Made by a program: the position numbers and the translations under genes. From the NCBI RefSeq assembly GCF_009914755.1, contig NC_060935.1: a DNA stretch of 64,000 nucleotides; one strand, 5' to 3'. The notes beneath the pieces were generated by a model. It saw nothing but the letters and a program-made list of their open reading frames with translations. It was not told the origin of the DNA and searched no databases. Shown here one piece after another: positions 26,340 through 39,103 of this stretch (positions are counted from its first letter, which is position 1; every line of letters starts with the position of its first letter). The DNA comes from the human T2T-CHM13v2.0 reference genome, Homo sapiens.

Positions 26340-28992
26340 AGCAGTTCTTGTAATGGTGGTTTGGTAGTAGCAGATTCTCTCAGCATTTGTTTGTCTGAGA
26401 AAGACTGTATCTTTCCTTCATATATGATGTTTAGTTTCACTGGGTACAAAATTCTTGGCTGATAATTGCTTTGCATGAGGAGGCTTAAGATAGGGCCCTA
26501 ATCCCTTCTAGCTTGTAGGGTTTCTGCAAAGAAATCTGCTGTTAATCGGATAGGTTTTCCTTTATAGATTACCTGGTGCTTCTGTCTCACAACTCTTAAG
26601 ATTCTTTCCTTTGTCTTAACTTTAGATAACCTGATGACAGTGTGCCTAGGTGATGATCTTTTTGTGATGAATTTCCCAGATGCTCTTTATGCTTCTTGTA
26701 TTTAGATGCCTAGGTCTCTAGCAAGGCCGGGGAAGGTTTCCTCAATTATTCACCCAAATATGTTTTCCAAACTTTTAGATTTCTCTTATTCCTCAGGAAC
26801 ACCGATTATTCTTAGGTTTGGCTGTTTAACATAATCCCAGACTTTTTGGATGCTTGGTTCATAATTTCTTATTCTTTTTTCTTTGTGTTTGTTGGATTGG
26901 GTTAATTTGAAGACCTTGTCTTCAAGCTGTGAATTTCTTTCTTCTATTTGTTCATTTCTATTGCTGGGACTTTCCAGAGCATTTTGCATTTTTGTAAGTG
27001 TGTCCAGTGTTTCCTGAAGTTTTGATTGTTTTTCTTTATGCTATTTCCTTGAATGTTTCTCCCTTCACTTCTCGTATTGTTTTTTGGATTTCCTTGCGTC
27101 AGGCTTCGCTTTTCTCTGGTGCCTCGCTGAATTCTTTTTCAGGTAAATCAGGGATTTCTTATTGGTTTGAATCCATTGCTGGTGAGCTAGTGTGATTTTT
27201 TTTGGAGGTGTTAAAGAGCCTTGTTTTGTCATATTACCAGAGTTGGTTTTCTGGTTCCTTCTTATTTGGGTAGGCTCTGTCAGAGAGGCAAGGTCTAGGG
27301 CTGAAGGCTGTTGTTCAGATTCTTTTGTCCCACAGGATGTTCCCTTGATGTGATACTCTCCCCCCTTTTCCTATGGATGTAGCTTCCTATGAGCCGAGCT
27401 GCAGTGATTGTTATCTCTCTTCTGGGTCTAGCCATCCAGCCAGTCTGTCTGGCTCCGGGGTGGTATTCAGGGTTTGTCTGCACAGAGTCCTGTGATGTGA
27501 ATCGTTTATGGGTGTCTCGGCCCTGAATACCACACAGTATTTGGGGTGTCTCCCAGGTCCTGCAGGAGCAGTCCACTTCCTTCAGAGGGTCTGTGGGTCC
27601 TCTTGGGATTCCTGGTTTGTTCTTGCAGTTGTTCTGGAGCTAAAATTCATAGTGCGAGCCCCAACATGCTGCTTTGTCCGAGTTGGAGCTGCAATCTAAT
27701 CCTGCCTCCCATCCGCCATGATGATCTAAATCCTGGTGCTTATCTTTTCTACTGTTGTTTTTGCTTTCCCTTTTTCTTACTTGGAATCAGTTGTAAGCCA
27801 ACACAGGAAACAGAAATTCCTCATGTTCATTTCCCCATTGCTATAGCACTGCAAGCTTATGACAGAGGAGTTCCATGCTCTTGCCTTTGCAGAAGATCTT
27901 AGAGATGCTGAAGAACAGAGAGACGTCCCTAAATATTTTCTTTGAACCTGAAATTTTTAGTGACTATAATCATAATAAGTATTTTGTGCTTTATGGAATT
28001 AACTTTCTTACCTCCAAGATCAGATCAGTAGATTGAATGTAGTTTTCAATCTATAGGTATTCTGCAGAGCCTTGGGGCTCCATGGAAGTGCTTATGGAGG
28101 GAGATGGGATTAGAGTAGTAATAGTACCTAGTGCTGAGTAGTAGGTAAGACTCTAGGGCCCCCACGTTAGTTTCAACAAGATCTCTATTCTCATCCTTAT
28201 ATTAGTGTTCCAAGTTAAATTTCATTTGAAAGGGGGTTTCATTATGTAAATATACAAACATAGACATACATCTATAAAAAAAAATGTGTACAAAGTTAGT
28301 TCGGTCCTTCATATGAAGCAGTAACTACACATACACACACAATAGTGTATGTCTGTACTCTCCCCAGATTATAAGCTGGAGAAGGGATTTATTTATCCAG
28401 ACAAGCTATCTACATAGAAATTGCCCTTCTGGGTGACTAATGGGACCCATAATTCCTTTTAGCCTAGAAATCCATTTCTAACACTAATAACTTTCTTTTC
28501 CTATCTTAAAATAGGACTCATCGCTCAGAGGCTACCTATCCTCTCCCCCATTCCCAACTACCCAAAAAGTTTATATCATTTACTTAAGCAAGTCAAATTT
28601 AATTTCACACATATAGATCATAGTTTTCTTACTTTGTGGGGGAAGTGATATGTGGAAGCATTAAGAGATATGTTTTTTAAAATATGTCTCATTACTTTGT
28701 GTGTATTTAATCTGGGTCTATAAACTTGGAAAGGGATGTTATATAATCATATAGTCAGGATATTCTTAAGCTGGAATCTGTGGATACATTATAGGTATGT
28801 ATGACTCCTCCAGTCCCTAAGATATGTAGAATATCGTGTTCATATCTGTTTTTTGTGGGGAGAGAGTGAGTCCATTGCTTTCATCAGATTTTTTAAGGTT
28901 TTCAAGACTAAGAAAACATTAAGGATTACTTATCTCACCAGTTCTTCTACATCTGGGCTAAATATAAGTACGCTAGAAAAATAAACAAATGA

Positions 28993-29306
28993 GGCTGGGC
29001 ATAGTAGCTCATGCCTGCAATCCCAGCATTTGGGAGGCCAAGATGGGAGGATTGCTTGAGTCCAGGATTTTGAGACCAGCCTGGGCAACATGGTGAAACC
29101 TATCCTCTACCAAAAATAAACAAAATTAGGCAGGCATCGTGGCATGTGCCTGTAGTCCCAGCTGCTCAGGAGTCTGAGGTGGGAGGATCGCTTGAGCCTG
29201 AGCGGTCAAGGCTTCAGTGAGCCAAGATCATACCGTTGCACTCCAGCCTGGGCAACAAAGCAAGACCTTGTCTCAAAAAAATAAATGAATAAAAATAAAA
29301 AAAAAA
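28993..29306 (+). mobile_element. AluJ
   Basis: Sense dimeric Alu; flanked by AAACAAATGA duplication. Confidence 0.9.
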
Positions 29307-29775
29307 CAAATGAAACTTGGTATTTTTTTAACTGGGATCAAACAAAAAAGATAGCAAATTACAGCTATTATTTCAGATAGATCCTTTCAGAGGCTCCTTG
29401 AACTCAAATCTATTTTCATAATTCTAAGGCATTATTTGCCTTTTCACTTTCAGTCTCTCATGAGTGCATAATGGAGTTTCCCAGAGGCTACATAACACGT
29501 ACTATCACAACAGATTGAGCAGAGAAGCAGATATGAGAATCCAGCTGTCTTTTTATGAAACCAGACATTAAAGAGATTTGCAAAATGTAAAACAATGCTG
29601 GTCTCTTCTTACTAATTTTTAAAATTTGAAAAACATAACTATTTTTCATAAAAGTATGTTTTTTGTGTTAACCATGTAAAGGGTCTGTTTTTAATGAATT
29701 AATATTTTTTTGATTTCTCAGTTTTAATTTCTCACTTTCATTTAATTTCTCGTTTTATGAGAAATGTAGATAGAA

Positions 29776-30075
29776 GCCAGGTGTGATGGCTCACGCCTGT
29801 AATCCCAACACTCTGGGAGGCCGAAACAAGAGAATCACTTAAGCCTAAGAGTTCAAGCCTAGTCAGGGCAACACAGTGAGACCCCCATCTCTACAAAAAA
29901 ATTTAAAATTAGCCACATATGGTGGCATGTGCCTGTGGTCCCAGCTACTCAGAAGGCTGAGGCAGGAGGATCTCTTGAGCCCAGGAGTTTGAAGTTACAG
30001 TAAGCTATGATAGCACCACTGTCCTCCAGCCTGGGCAGCAGAATGAGACCCTGTCTGAAAACAAACCAAAAAAGA
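29776..30075 (+). mobile_element. AluJ
   Basis: Sense dimeric Alu. Confidence 0.88.
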
Positions 30076-30166
30076 AATATAGACAGATATAAGATAAACA
30101 AGTTCTATGGATCTAATGTACAGCTTGAGTGGTAATGGATGATGTGTTAAATAATTCGACTATGGT

Positions 30167-30460
<294 letters not shown>

Positions 30461-30548
30461 TTTTGACTATGGTAATCATTATACAGTGTAGACGTATTTC
30501 AAATCACCATGTTGTATACCTTGAATATATTCAATCTTTGGCAAGTAA

Positions 30549-30852
<304 letters not shown>

Positions 30853-31054
30853 TAAATATTTTTGAATAAAAAAAATAGATACTATTCACATAAACAAAAC
30901 TCTTTGATATTCTCAATAATTTTTTAAGAGTATTAAAGGAGTGTGAAACCAAAAAGTTTGAAAACTGCTATTCTGTAACAAATGACATTTTAGAAATATG
31001 GGTGCCTCTAGAAGTTAAATCGGGACGGTGATGTGAATATGTTGTCTATATCCT

Positions 31055-31215
31055 TGTTTCTCAAAGTATGGCCTAAGGTACATCTGCATCAGTATTACCT
31101 GGGAGCTTATTAAAAATGCAGGATCTTGGGCCTCATCCCAGACTTCCTGAATCAGAATCTTCATTTTAACAAGATCTCTGGATGATTTGTATACATATTA
31201 ATGTTTGAGAAGCTC
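31055..31215. mobile_element. MER5A-like element
   Basis: TTTCTCAAAGT...GCATCAGTATTACCTGGGAGCTT...CTGAATCAGAATCT...TTTGAGAA. Confidence 0.7.
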
Positions 31216-31919
31216 TAATCTGTATTACACCACACTAACATTTATTTTAATCCAGCATCGTTCCTAAAAGGATTAAAGAAAACTATATAAATAAATATCT
31301 TCATTATACATATGTACTTTATAAAAATATATATAGTTTAATATGTAAATGCATGAACACTAATAGACATAGTTTTTTGAGGCTATTATTGATACTGTCA
31401 TTGCAAGCAGTTCTTTATTTTAACCATTTGGTCCCACTGTTATCATATCATAATATCAGAACTTCATGATACGAGTTCACAGTCTTGGGTTTGGGTCATA
31501 TATTTACCAACTTTGTCATCTCAGATAAAAATTCAAACTAATTTCCCCATTTGTAAATTTTACCTATAAAAATGAAATAATGTATGTTGAAAACATTTGT
31601 AAACTGAATGCTAATGCATATTAGTCTAAGTTTTGCTAGGAATTTTACATTAAACCTGTATGCATTATTGCATAGCCTTTAAAGAAATTCCAATATATAT
31701 TTTAAACAGTTCATTTCCCTAGAGTTTGGTACTAATGGAGTTTTATCCCCTAGTGAGTCAATTACCTTTAATTCATTCTATGGCTAACCTACAGCACAAA
31801 CTCTAGCAGATTTGTATAGGATTATATGAATGGGTTGGTATAGATCTATCCTCAGTATGGCAGAAGAATAACAGCACAGATCTAATAAAGGTGAGTCACT
31901 TTCAGAGCTACAGATTTTA

Positions 31920-31938
31920 GACTCCCCCTAGTGGCCAT
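31920..31938 (-). promoter_or_regulatory. CTCF core motif (reverse)
   Basis: Reverse complement reads TGGCCACTAGGGGGAGTC. Confidence 0.65.
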
Positions 31939-32630
31939 CTGGCAACAATCAAATTTATACAACCATCTTTCACCTTGCTTTCTGTTTGCCTTTTGCCACT
32001 CTTTTTTAAGATCTTTAGCAATCTGAAGAAAAAACAAAATTCTAGTATTAGCCATTACCATAAAATGTTTTTAGGTGCTTGTTGTATTTCAAAAAAATTT
32101 TTTAAACTATTCTGTCTGTTAAATAAAGTTAACCTAACTGAGGGGTGGACATTAAGAACCTGAAAGATAGAAATCAGAGTTATAATACATTGCAAACTAG
32201 AAGAGAAGTTAACAGTACAAGTGACAGTAATTATCACAATACTTGATATAATTATGAGGGAGAAGCAGACTAACACTAATTTCACAGTATTTGCACTAGA
32301 CCCTTTATTTGTCTATTTTAATCCTTCTTCAGCCCTGGACTTCATAGATGAGGAACTCAAGAATTTAGTAACTGTCAGACAATGAGTACATGGCAATAGA
32401 GTTACACTGCCATGTAGATGTGTACTTTTTGACTAGAAAGCCTTTAGCCACCATTACATACTGTCTTAAAAAAACAAGTTAAATTGCATGGTTTTCATAT
32501 CAAATTTTATAATCTGATAAGTTATCAACATAGTCTAATGAATTAAAGAAAGTAATTTTCATTATGGTGAGAAAAATGCAATTAAGTGCTTTGTGTATAA
32601 ATAGGTATTAAATATTTTGAGATTATTTTT

Positions 32631-32637
<7 letters not shown>

Positions 32638-32678
<41 letters not shown>

Positions 32679-32959
32679 AGACGGAATGTCACTCTGCCCC
32701 CCAGGCTGTAGTGCAGTGGTGCGATCTTGGCTGACTGCAAGATCCACCTCCCGGGTTCACATCATTCTGCTGCCTCAGCCTCCCAAGTAGCTGGGATTAC
32801 AGGTGCCCATCACCACACCCATCTAATTTTTATGTATTTTTAGTAGAGACAGGGTTTTACCGTGTTAGCTAGGATGGTCTCAATCTCCTGACCTGGTGAC
32901 CCACCCGCCTCGGCCTCCCAAAGTGCTGGGATTACAGGTGTGAACCACCGCGCCCGGCC
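32638..32959 (-). mobile_element. AluY with ~40-nt poly-T
   Basis: AluY-like diagnostics; TSD TTT(T/C)GTCCTCT. Confidence 0.92.
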
Positions 32960-33237
32960 TTTTCGTCCTCTCTTTCATGCACAGTTCTCCTTTAGTTTTC
33001 CATCAATTTGGTATGTATTTCTATCAACTTGGGGCTGTTTAATTTAAATCAGTAACGCTAACTATTCTGACTAGAGAAATTTAAAATAAGTTGATCTGAA
33101 AGAGTTTAAGAAGAATTTGAGTTGTGTAGGAGCATTTATACACAAAATGTTATTTTAAATTTTTACTGTTCTGGATTTTTCATCATATGAAAAACATTTA
33201 ATGAACATCTCCACACTTTTTTCCACCACTTTTCTAG

Positions 33238-33399
33238 GTCTAATTGTCCAAAATGTGGCTCTACTGGTGAATCTGGAAATGCCAATTACAGATACAAACT
33301 TTCCTTAAAAGTTGCAGAATCAAACAAATTGTTTGTTATTACTGTATTTGGAAGTTGCTTAGATACATTTTTTGGTCTTACTGCCACTGGTTTGCACAG
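33238..33399 (+). CDS. DDIAS: DDIAS second coding exon (162 nt, phase 2-2)
   Basis: Acceptor TTTTCTAG|, donor CAG|GTAAGA; encodes SNCPKCGSTGESGNANYRYKLSLKVAESNKLFVITVFGSCLDTFFGLTATGLH in frame with the previous exon. Confidence 0.95.
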
Positions 33400-33882
33400 G
33401 TAAGAATACTTAAAACATCCTTTTTCCTGACTGCCCTTAGAATTTGAAGATACAAGTTTATAAGGCAATATGCATTTTTGTAGAAAGATAATCATTCAAC
33501 CCCAGATTGTCAATTCCTTTAAAAGACAAGCAAGTAAGAAAGATGTTTATTTCCTGAATACATATTATGATGATATTAAAACAGTCTCCTTTTATTTAGG
33601 GTAATTAATCTGTAATTAGAATATTAAGTTATAAATCTCTAATCCAAGTTACAGAAATAGAGGCTAAGAAAGTAACATCATTTCAAATTGAAGAATTATC
33701 CAAATTGAGGTTAGCATTGAAACAGTTAGGTTCCCCTGAGGCAGAAGAATCTATTTGAGGGAATATTTGCATTTCAGAAATTGAAATTTTATTTTTTATC
33801 TGTATTGCAATTTAATTTGCATAGTTTGACCTTTTACGACATTGTCCTGAGAATATAAGAATAAGCAATTAAAGCTTTTCTT

Positions 33883-34180
33883 GGCCGGGCGCGGTAGCTC
33901 ACGCCTGTAATCCCAGCGCTTTGGGAGGCCGAGGCGGGCGGATCACAAGGTCAGGAGATGGAGACCATCCTGGCTAACACGGTGAAACCCCATCTCTACT
34001 AAAAATACAAAAAATTAGCTGGGCATGGTGGTGGGCGCCTGTAGTCCCAGCTACGCCGGGAGGCTGAGGCAGGAGAATGGCATGAACCCAGGAGGCAGAG
34101 CTTGTAGTGAGCCAAGATTGCACCACTGCACTCCAGCCTGGGAGACAGAGCGAGACTCTGTCTCAAAAAAAAAAAAAAAA
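33883..34180 (+). mobile_element. AluY
   Basis: GAGACCATCCTGGCTAACACGGTG and GAGAATGGCATGAACC diagnostics; TSD AAAGCTTTTCTT. Confidence 0.93.
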
Positions 34181-34617
34181 GCTTTTCTTCCCCCTCAGTC
34201 TTCTGCCCTCCTCCCCTAATCACATGCAAGAAATCTATGTCCACATTTTTGTGCTTGAGACAATAAAGGGACCACAACCAGGCTTATCAGAGAAAAGGGA
34301 TGACTTTTTCCTGCTTTCAAGTGAAGAGCTAGAGATGCCACCACTATTCCCACTGCCACTTTTATTTTTCCTTATAATCATTGCCGGGCCTGATGGTTAG
34401 GCAGGTAACTACTTTACTCCCACTTGATCAATTGGTTTTGTTGATTTTTCTGTGCTATGAGAAACTAGAGAGAACAAACTGCCTGGCTCTTAAAGTCACT
34501 TTTTTTCCTCTATAAAAGGTTCATGCTGCATTTTCAAATTAATTGTGTCTCTGACTTTATGGCAAGTAAAATTTCAAAGTTCATTGCTTCACATTTTTTA
34601 CTTTTTTTCCAATCAAG

Positions 34618-34735
34618 GTACATTCAGGATCCTAATAAAATTCCAGAAACACTGGACAATGATACAACTCAGAATCTATTAACTAAAGCAGTTGAAACTT
34701 GCTTTGTTGGACAAAGCTTTATTTTTGGAGTGACG
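34618..34735 (+). CDS. DDIAS: DDIAS third coding exon (118 nt)
   Basis: Acceptor after pyrimidine tract (...CCAATCAAG|), donor ACG|GTAATT; encodes YIQDPNKIPETLDNDTTQNLLTKAVETCFVGQSFIFGVT; 113+162+118=393 nt = 131 codons. Confidence 0.95.
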
Positions 34736-35811
34736 GTAATTGAGACTAGCTTTCTTTTTAATAATCTGTTAACATTTCCATTGTAATGAATTATGTGAAT
34801 TTTCTAAATAGTTGTTAGGAGTTCTGTACATGTGAAGGCCTGTAGAAACACTTTAAACTATGTAAAAATAGCCTATAGGTGGTCTGTTAAAACACCATGT
34901 GTGACAACTTCCTCTTTCGAAAGTCAGGGGAGCCTACTTCAAATGCTTTCAGAGCTTAAAAATATAAATTTATTATATATTTAGAAATGTTAGATATTTG
35001 TTTTTGGTATTTAGTATTTATTTTGCCCTCCGGATTTTGTTCAAATTCTATAGTAAAACTTCCACCAATTCTCTAGCTTTTTAATTCTGTCTTCTATAAA
35101 AGAGAATAATGGAACACTGAAGGCAAAGTATCTTGAGTATTGATAAGAATACTAAAACTAGATTAAGAAAGATGGTCTTAAATATAAAAGTGACTGTAGA
35201 AGAAGTTAAAAAAAAAAGAAGTTACTCCTTTGACTTTGAAGGAGTAATAGTTTTCTGTCTCATCTATGCTAAAGGGAACAAAGAGACATTTTTTTCCACA
35301 CTGGAATCAGGGTTTTAAAAGAGGACTCCACAACAGAAGAGTGAGAAAAATCCAAAGGGAAGGTAGAATCAACGGCTACAGAGCTTTACTTGTTAAAATC
35401 GTAGACAGTCCTTTTCTCTCCTCTCTTCTTTTTCCTCCTCCCCTTTTTCCCCTCCCCTCCCCTCCTCTCTTTCCTTAGCTAAAGAGAACTATGATAGTTG
35501 CCATTTATTGAGCCACTGCTATTTTCTAAGCACTGTGCAGTTTTCCATTTTATTACTAAACAGTAATCCTGCATTTTTATTTTTATTTTTATTTTATAAA
35601 GGAGAAGACTCAGGTTAAATAAATTGTCCAAAGTCTCAACACTATTAATAAATGCGGGAACTAGGATTTCTTCAAATCAGTTTAAACAAGCTCTTTACTC
35701 TAAGGTTTATATTCTCTTACATATGCTACTTTGCCTATAAAACTAACAGAATCGAAATTGGAATTGGGGGATGGAGGTAATAGTTGTATCTGTTTTAACC
35801 TTTTAAATCTG

Positions 35812-36119
35812 TTTATTTTATTTTATTTTTGAGACAGAATCTCACTCTGTCACCCAGGCTGGACTGCAGTACCAAGATCATGGCTCACTGCAGCCTTGAC
35901 CTCCCTAGGCTCTGGTGATCTCCCACCCCAGCCTCCTGAGTAGCTGAGACTACAGGCACACGCCACCATGCCCAGCTAATTTTTGTGGGGGTATTTTTTT
36001 TAGAGGAGAGGTTTTACCATGTTGCCCAGTCTGGTCTCAAACTCTTGAGGCTCAAGTGATCTGCCTGCCTCGGCCTCTCAAAGTGCTGGGATTACAGGCA
36101 TGAGCCACTGTGCCTGGCT
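35812..36119 (-). mobile_element. AluJ
   Basis: Antisense Alu ending ~75 nt before the terminal exon. Confidence 0.9.
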
Positions 36120-36192
36120 AAATTTCTGTTTCATGTTTAAGTAAATGGAAGACAATTTTATTCTTACTTAAATTTCTTTGCTTCTTTCACAG

Positions 36193-38796
36193 AATTTTGA
36201 AAACCAACCTGGACAAGGTTCAGATGCCAGTAACTTCTTACAGCAATGCTCTGACCACAAAAGAAAAGCCAAAGCACTAGTGGCTTGCCAGATTGTTCTA
36301 CCAGACCCAGGTATTGCAGGCTTTACTGTCATTGACTACTTCCATCAACTTTTGCAGACTTTTAATTTCAGGAAACTTCAGTGTGACTCTCAGGCACCTA
36401 ACAATCACTTACTTGCTTTAGATCACTCAAATAGTGATCTCAGCAGCATATATACTTCTGACAGCACTTCTGATTTTTTCAAGTCCTGCAGCAAGGATAC
36501 TTTTTCAAAATTCTGGCAGCCATCACTTGAATTCACTTGCATTGTTTCACAACTAACAGATAATGATGATTTTTCAGCTTCAGAACAAAGTAAGGCCTTT
36601 GGTACTCTTCAGCAGAACAGAAAGTCCATCTCCATTGCAGAGGCCACTGGTTCCAGTAGCTGCCATGATCCCATTCAGGATTCATGGAGCCTTGTTTCAT
36701 ATATGGATAAAAAGAGTACAGCAGAAAAGTTGGGTAAAGAACTTGGCTTACAAGCTAAGGAGCTGAGTGCAGTTCACAGCAGTCATCATGAAATTGGAGT
36801 TAATGACTCTAATTTATTCTCTTTGGAAATGCGAGAGCCCCTTGAGTCAAGTAATACAAAATCCTTCCACAGTGCAGTGGAAATTAAAAATAGGTCCCAG
36901 CATGAGCTACCATGTTTTCAGCATCATGGTATAGATACCCCAACTAGCCTTCAGAAGAGATCTGCATGTTGTCCACCTTCGTTACTCAGACTTGAAGAGA
37001 CAGCCAGCAGTTCCCAGGATGGTGACCCTCAAATTTGGGATGATCTGCCATTCTCTGAAAGCCTGAACAAGTTTCTGGCAGTTCTTGAAAGTGAGATTGC
37101 TGTAACCCAGGCAGATGTCAGTAGTAGGAAACATCATGTAGATAATGACATTGATAAATTTCATGCAGACCACAGCAGGTTATCTGTGACTCCCCAGAGA
37201 ACTACTGGAGCCCTGCATACACCACCTATAGCTTTAAGATCATCACAAGTAATAGTCAAAGCAAACTGTAGCAAAGATGACTTCCTTTTCAACTGTAAAG
37301 GAAATCTAAGTCCTAGTGTTGAAAAGGAGTCACAACCAGATAACAAAGTAGAGGCTGTCTCTGTAAATCATAATGGAAGAGATATGTCAGAATATTTTTT
37401 ACCGAATCCTTACCTGTCAGCTCTGTCTTCATCTTCAAAAGATTTAGAAACAATAGTTACTCTTAAGAAGACTATCAGAATCTCACCACACAGGGAGAGT
37501 GACCATTCTAGTCTAAATAACAAATATTTGAATGGATGTGGAGAAATATCAGTTTCAGAAATGAATGAAAAGTTGACAACTCTGTGTTATAGGAAGTATA
37601 ATGATGTCTCTGATCTTTGCAAATTAGAAAATAAACAATATTGTAGGTGGTCCAAGAACCAAGATGACAGTTTTACAATTTGCAGGAAACTTACATATCC
37701 TTTAGAAACTCTTTGCAATAGTCCAAATAGAAGTACAAATACATTGAAAGAAATGCCTTGGGGACATATCAATAACAACGTAACACAGAGCTATTCTATT
37801 GGTTATGAAGGTAGCTATGATGCCTCTGCTGATCTCTTTGATGATATTGCTAAAGAAATGGACATTGCAACTGAGATTACCAAAAAATCACAGGATATTT
37901 TGTTAAAATGGGGAACATCTTTGGCAGAAAGTCACCCTTCAGAGTCTGATTTTTCACTGAGATCACTTTCTGAAGACTTCATCCAGCCTTCACAAAAATT
38001 ATCCTTGCAAAGCCTATCTGACTCTAGGCATTCAAGAACATGCTCTCCAACACCTCATTTTCAATCAGATTCAGAATATAATTTTGAAAATAGTCAAGAC
38101 TTTGTTCCATGTTCACAGTCAACTCCAATTTCAGGGTTCCACCAAACAAGAATTCATGGGATAAACAGAGCTTTCAAAAAACCTGTATTTTATTCAGATC
38201 TTGATGGTAACTATGAAAAAATAAGGATTTTCCCTGAAAATGACAAACAGCAAGCCAGCCCAAGCTGTCCAAAAAATATAAAAACACCTAGCCAGAAAAT
38301 CAGAAGCCCTATTGTATCTGGTGTTTCACAACCAGACGTTTTCAATCACTACCCTTTTGCTGAGTGCCATGAAACTGATAGTGATGAATGGGTCCCTCCT
38401 ACCACACAAAAAATATTTCCTTCAGATATGCTTGGATTCCAAGGCATAGGTCTAGGGAAATGCCTTGCTGCCTATCATTTCCCTGATCAACAAGAGTTAC
38501 CAAGAAAGAAACTGAAACATATTAGACAAGGAACCAATAAAGGTTTAATTAAGAAGAAATTAAAGAATATGCTTGCAGCAGTTGTTACGAAAAAGAAAAC
38601 TCATAAATATAACTGTAAAAGTTCAGGCTGGATTTCCAAATGTCCAGACATTCAAGTCTTAGCAGCACCTCAGCTGCACCCTATTCTTGGACCTGATTCT
38701 TGTTCAGAAGTCAAATGTTGCCTTCCATTTTCAGAAAAAGGCCCACCTTCAGTGTGTGAAACTCGAAGTGCTTGGTCACCTGAATTGTTTTCATAA
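36193..38796 (+). CDS. DDIAS: DDIAS large terminal coding exon (867 aa + stop)
   Basis: Acceptor CTTCTTTCACAG| at 36192; uninterrupted 2604-nt frame NFENQPGQ...WSPELFS*; spliced total 998 aa. Confidence 0.97.
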   Translation, partial: NFENQPGQGSDASNFLQQCSDHKRKAKALVACQIVLPDPGIAGFTVIDYFHQLLQTFNFRKLQCDSQAPNNHLLALDHSNSDLSSIYTSDSTSDFFKSCSKDTFSKFWQPSLEFTCIVSQLTDNDDFSASEQSKAFGTLQQNRKSISIAEATGSSSCHDPIQDSWSLVSYMDKKSTAEKLGKELGLQAKELSAVHSSHHEIGVNDSNLFSLEMREPLESSNTKSFHSAVEIKNRSQHELPCFQHHGIDTPTSLQKRSACCPPSLLRLEETASSSQDGDPQIWDDLPFSESLNKFLAVLESEIAVTQADVSSRKHHVDNDIDKFHADHSRLSVTPQRTTGALHTPPIALRSSQVIVKANCSKDDFLFNCKGNLSPSVEKESQPDNKVEAVSVNHNGRDMSEYFLPNPYLSALSSSSKDLETIVTLKKTIRISPHRESDHSSLNNKYLNGCGEISVSEMNEKLTTLCYRKYNDVSDLCKLENKQYCRWSKNQDDSFTICRKLTYPLETLCNSPNRSTNTLKEMPWGHINNNVTQSYSIGYEGSYDASADLFDDIAKEMDIATEITKKSQDILLKWGTSLAESHPSESDFSLRSLSEDFIQPSQKLSLQSLSDSRHSRTCSPTPHFQSDSEYNFENSQDFVPCSQSTPISGFHQTRIHGINRAFKKPVFYSDLDGNYEKIRIFPENDKQQASPSCPKNIKTPSQKIRSPIVSGVSQPDVFNHYPFAECHETDSDEWVPPTTQKIFPSDMLGFQGIGLGKCLAAYHFPDQQELPRKKLKHIRQGTNKGLIKKKLKNMLAAVVTKKKTHKYNCKSSGWISKCPDIQVLAAPQLHPILGPDSCSEVKCCLPFSEKGPPSVCETRSAWSPELFS

Positions 38797-39097
38797 AAAG
38801 TCACCTGAACCCAATTCCTGAACTTTTAAATCTGTTTGGAAATGTTTGCCTTCAGGGGTACGGAAAGCATTCTTTACATTTTGAACACTTGGAGAGAAGC
38901 AAATTGAAAACAGGACTCTGCTGGGAGCTACTGTGCCTTTTAAAATATAAAGCCATTGTTTTCCCCAGGGTTTTATCTAGAATACTATGATTAGGTAGTT
39001 GAGCACTTTATCTTATACTGTTTATTGTACTTTAATAATATTGTTAAGATTGTTTTTGAAAGTATTAATGTTTGTTAAAATCACATATACATCCAGA

Positions 39098-39103
39098 AAT
39101 AAA
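39098..39103 (+). terminator. DDIAS: DDIAS polyadenylation signal
   Basis: AATAAA ~300 nt after the stop codon, followed by a T-rich downstream element (~39128-39140). Confidence 0.8.

Noticed and set aside
34523-34786. 87-aa ORF
   Set aside because: DDIAS exon 34618-34735 plus open intronic flanks.
36178-36192. Start of the 872-aa ORF as an independent single-exon gene
   Set aside because: The start is a TTG in the intron's pyrimidine tract; the frame is the spliced terminal exon of DDIAS from 36193.
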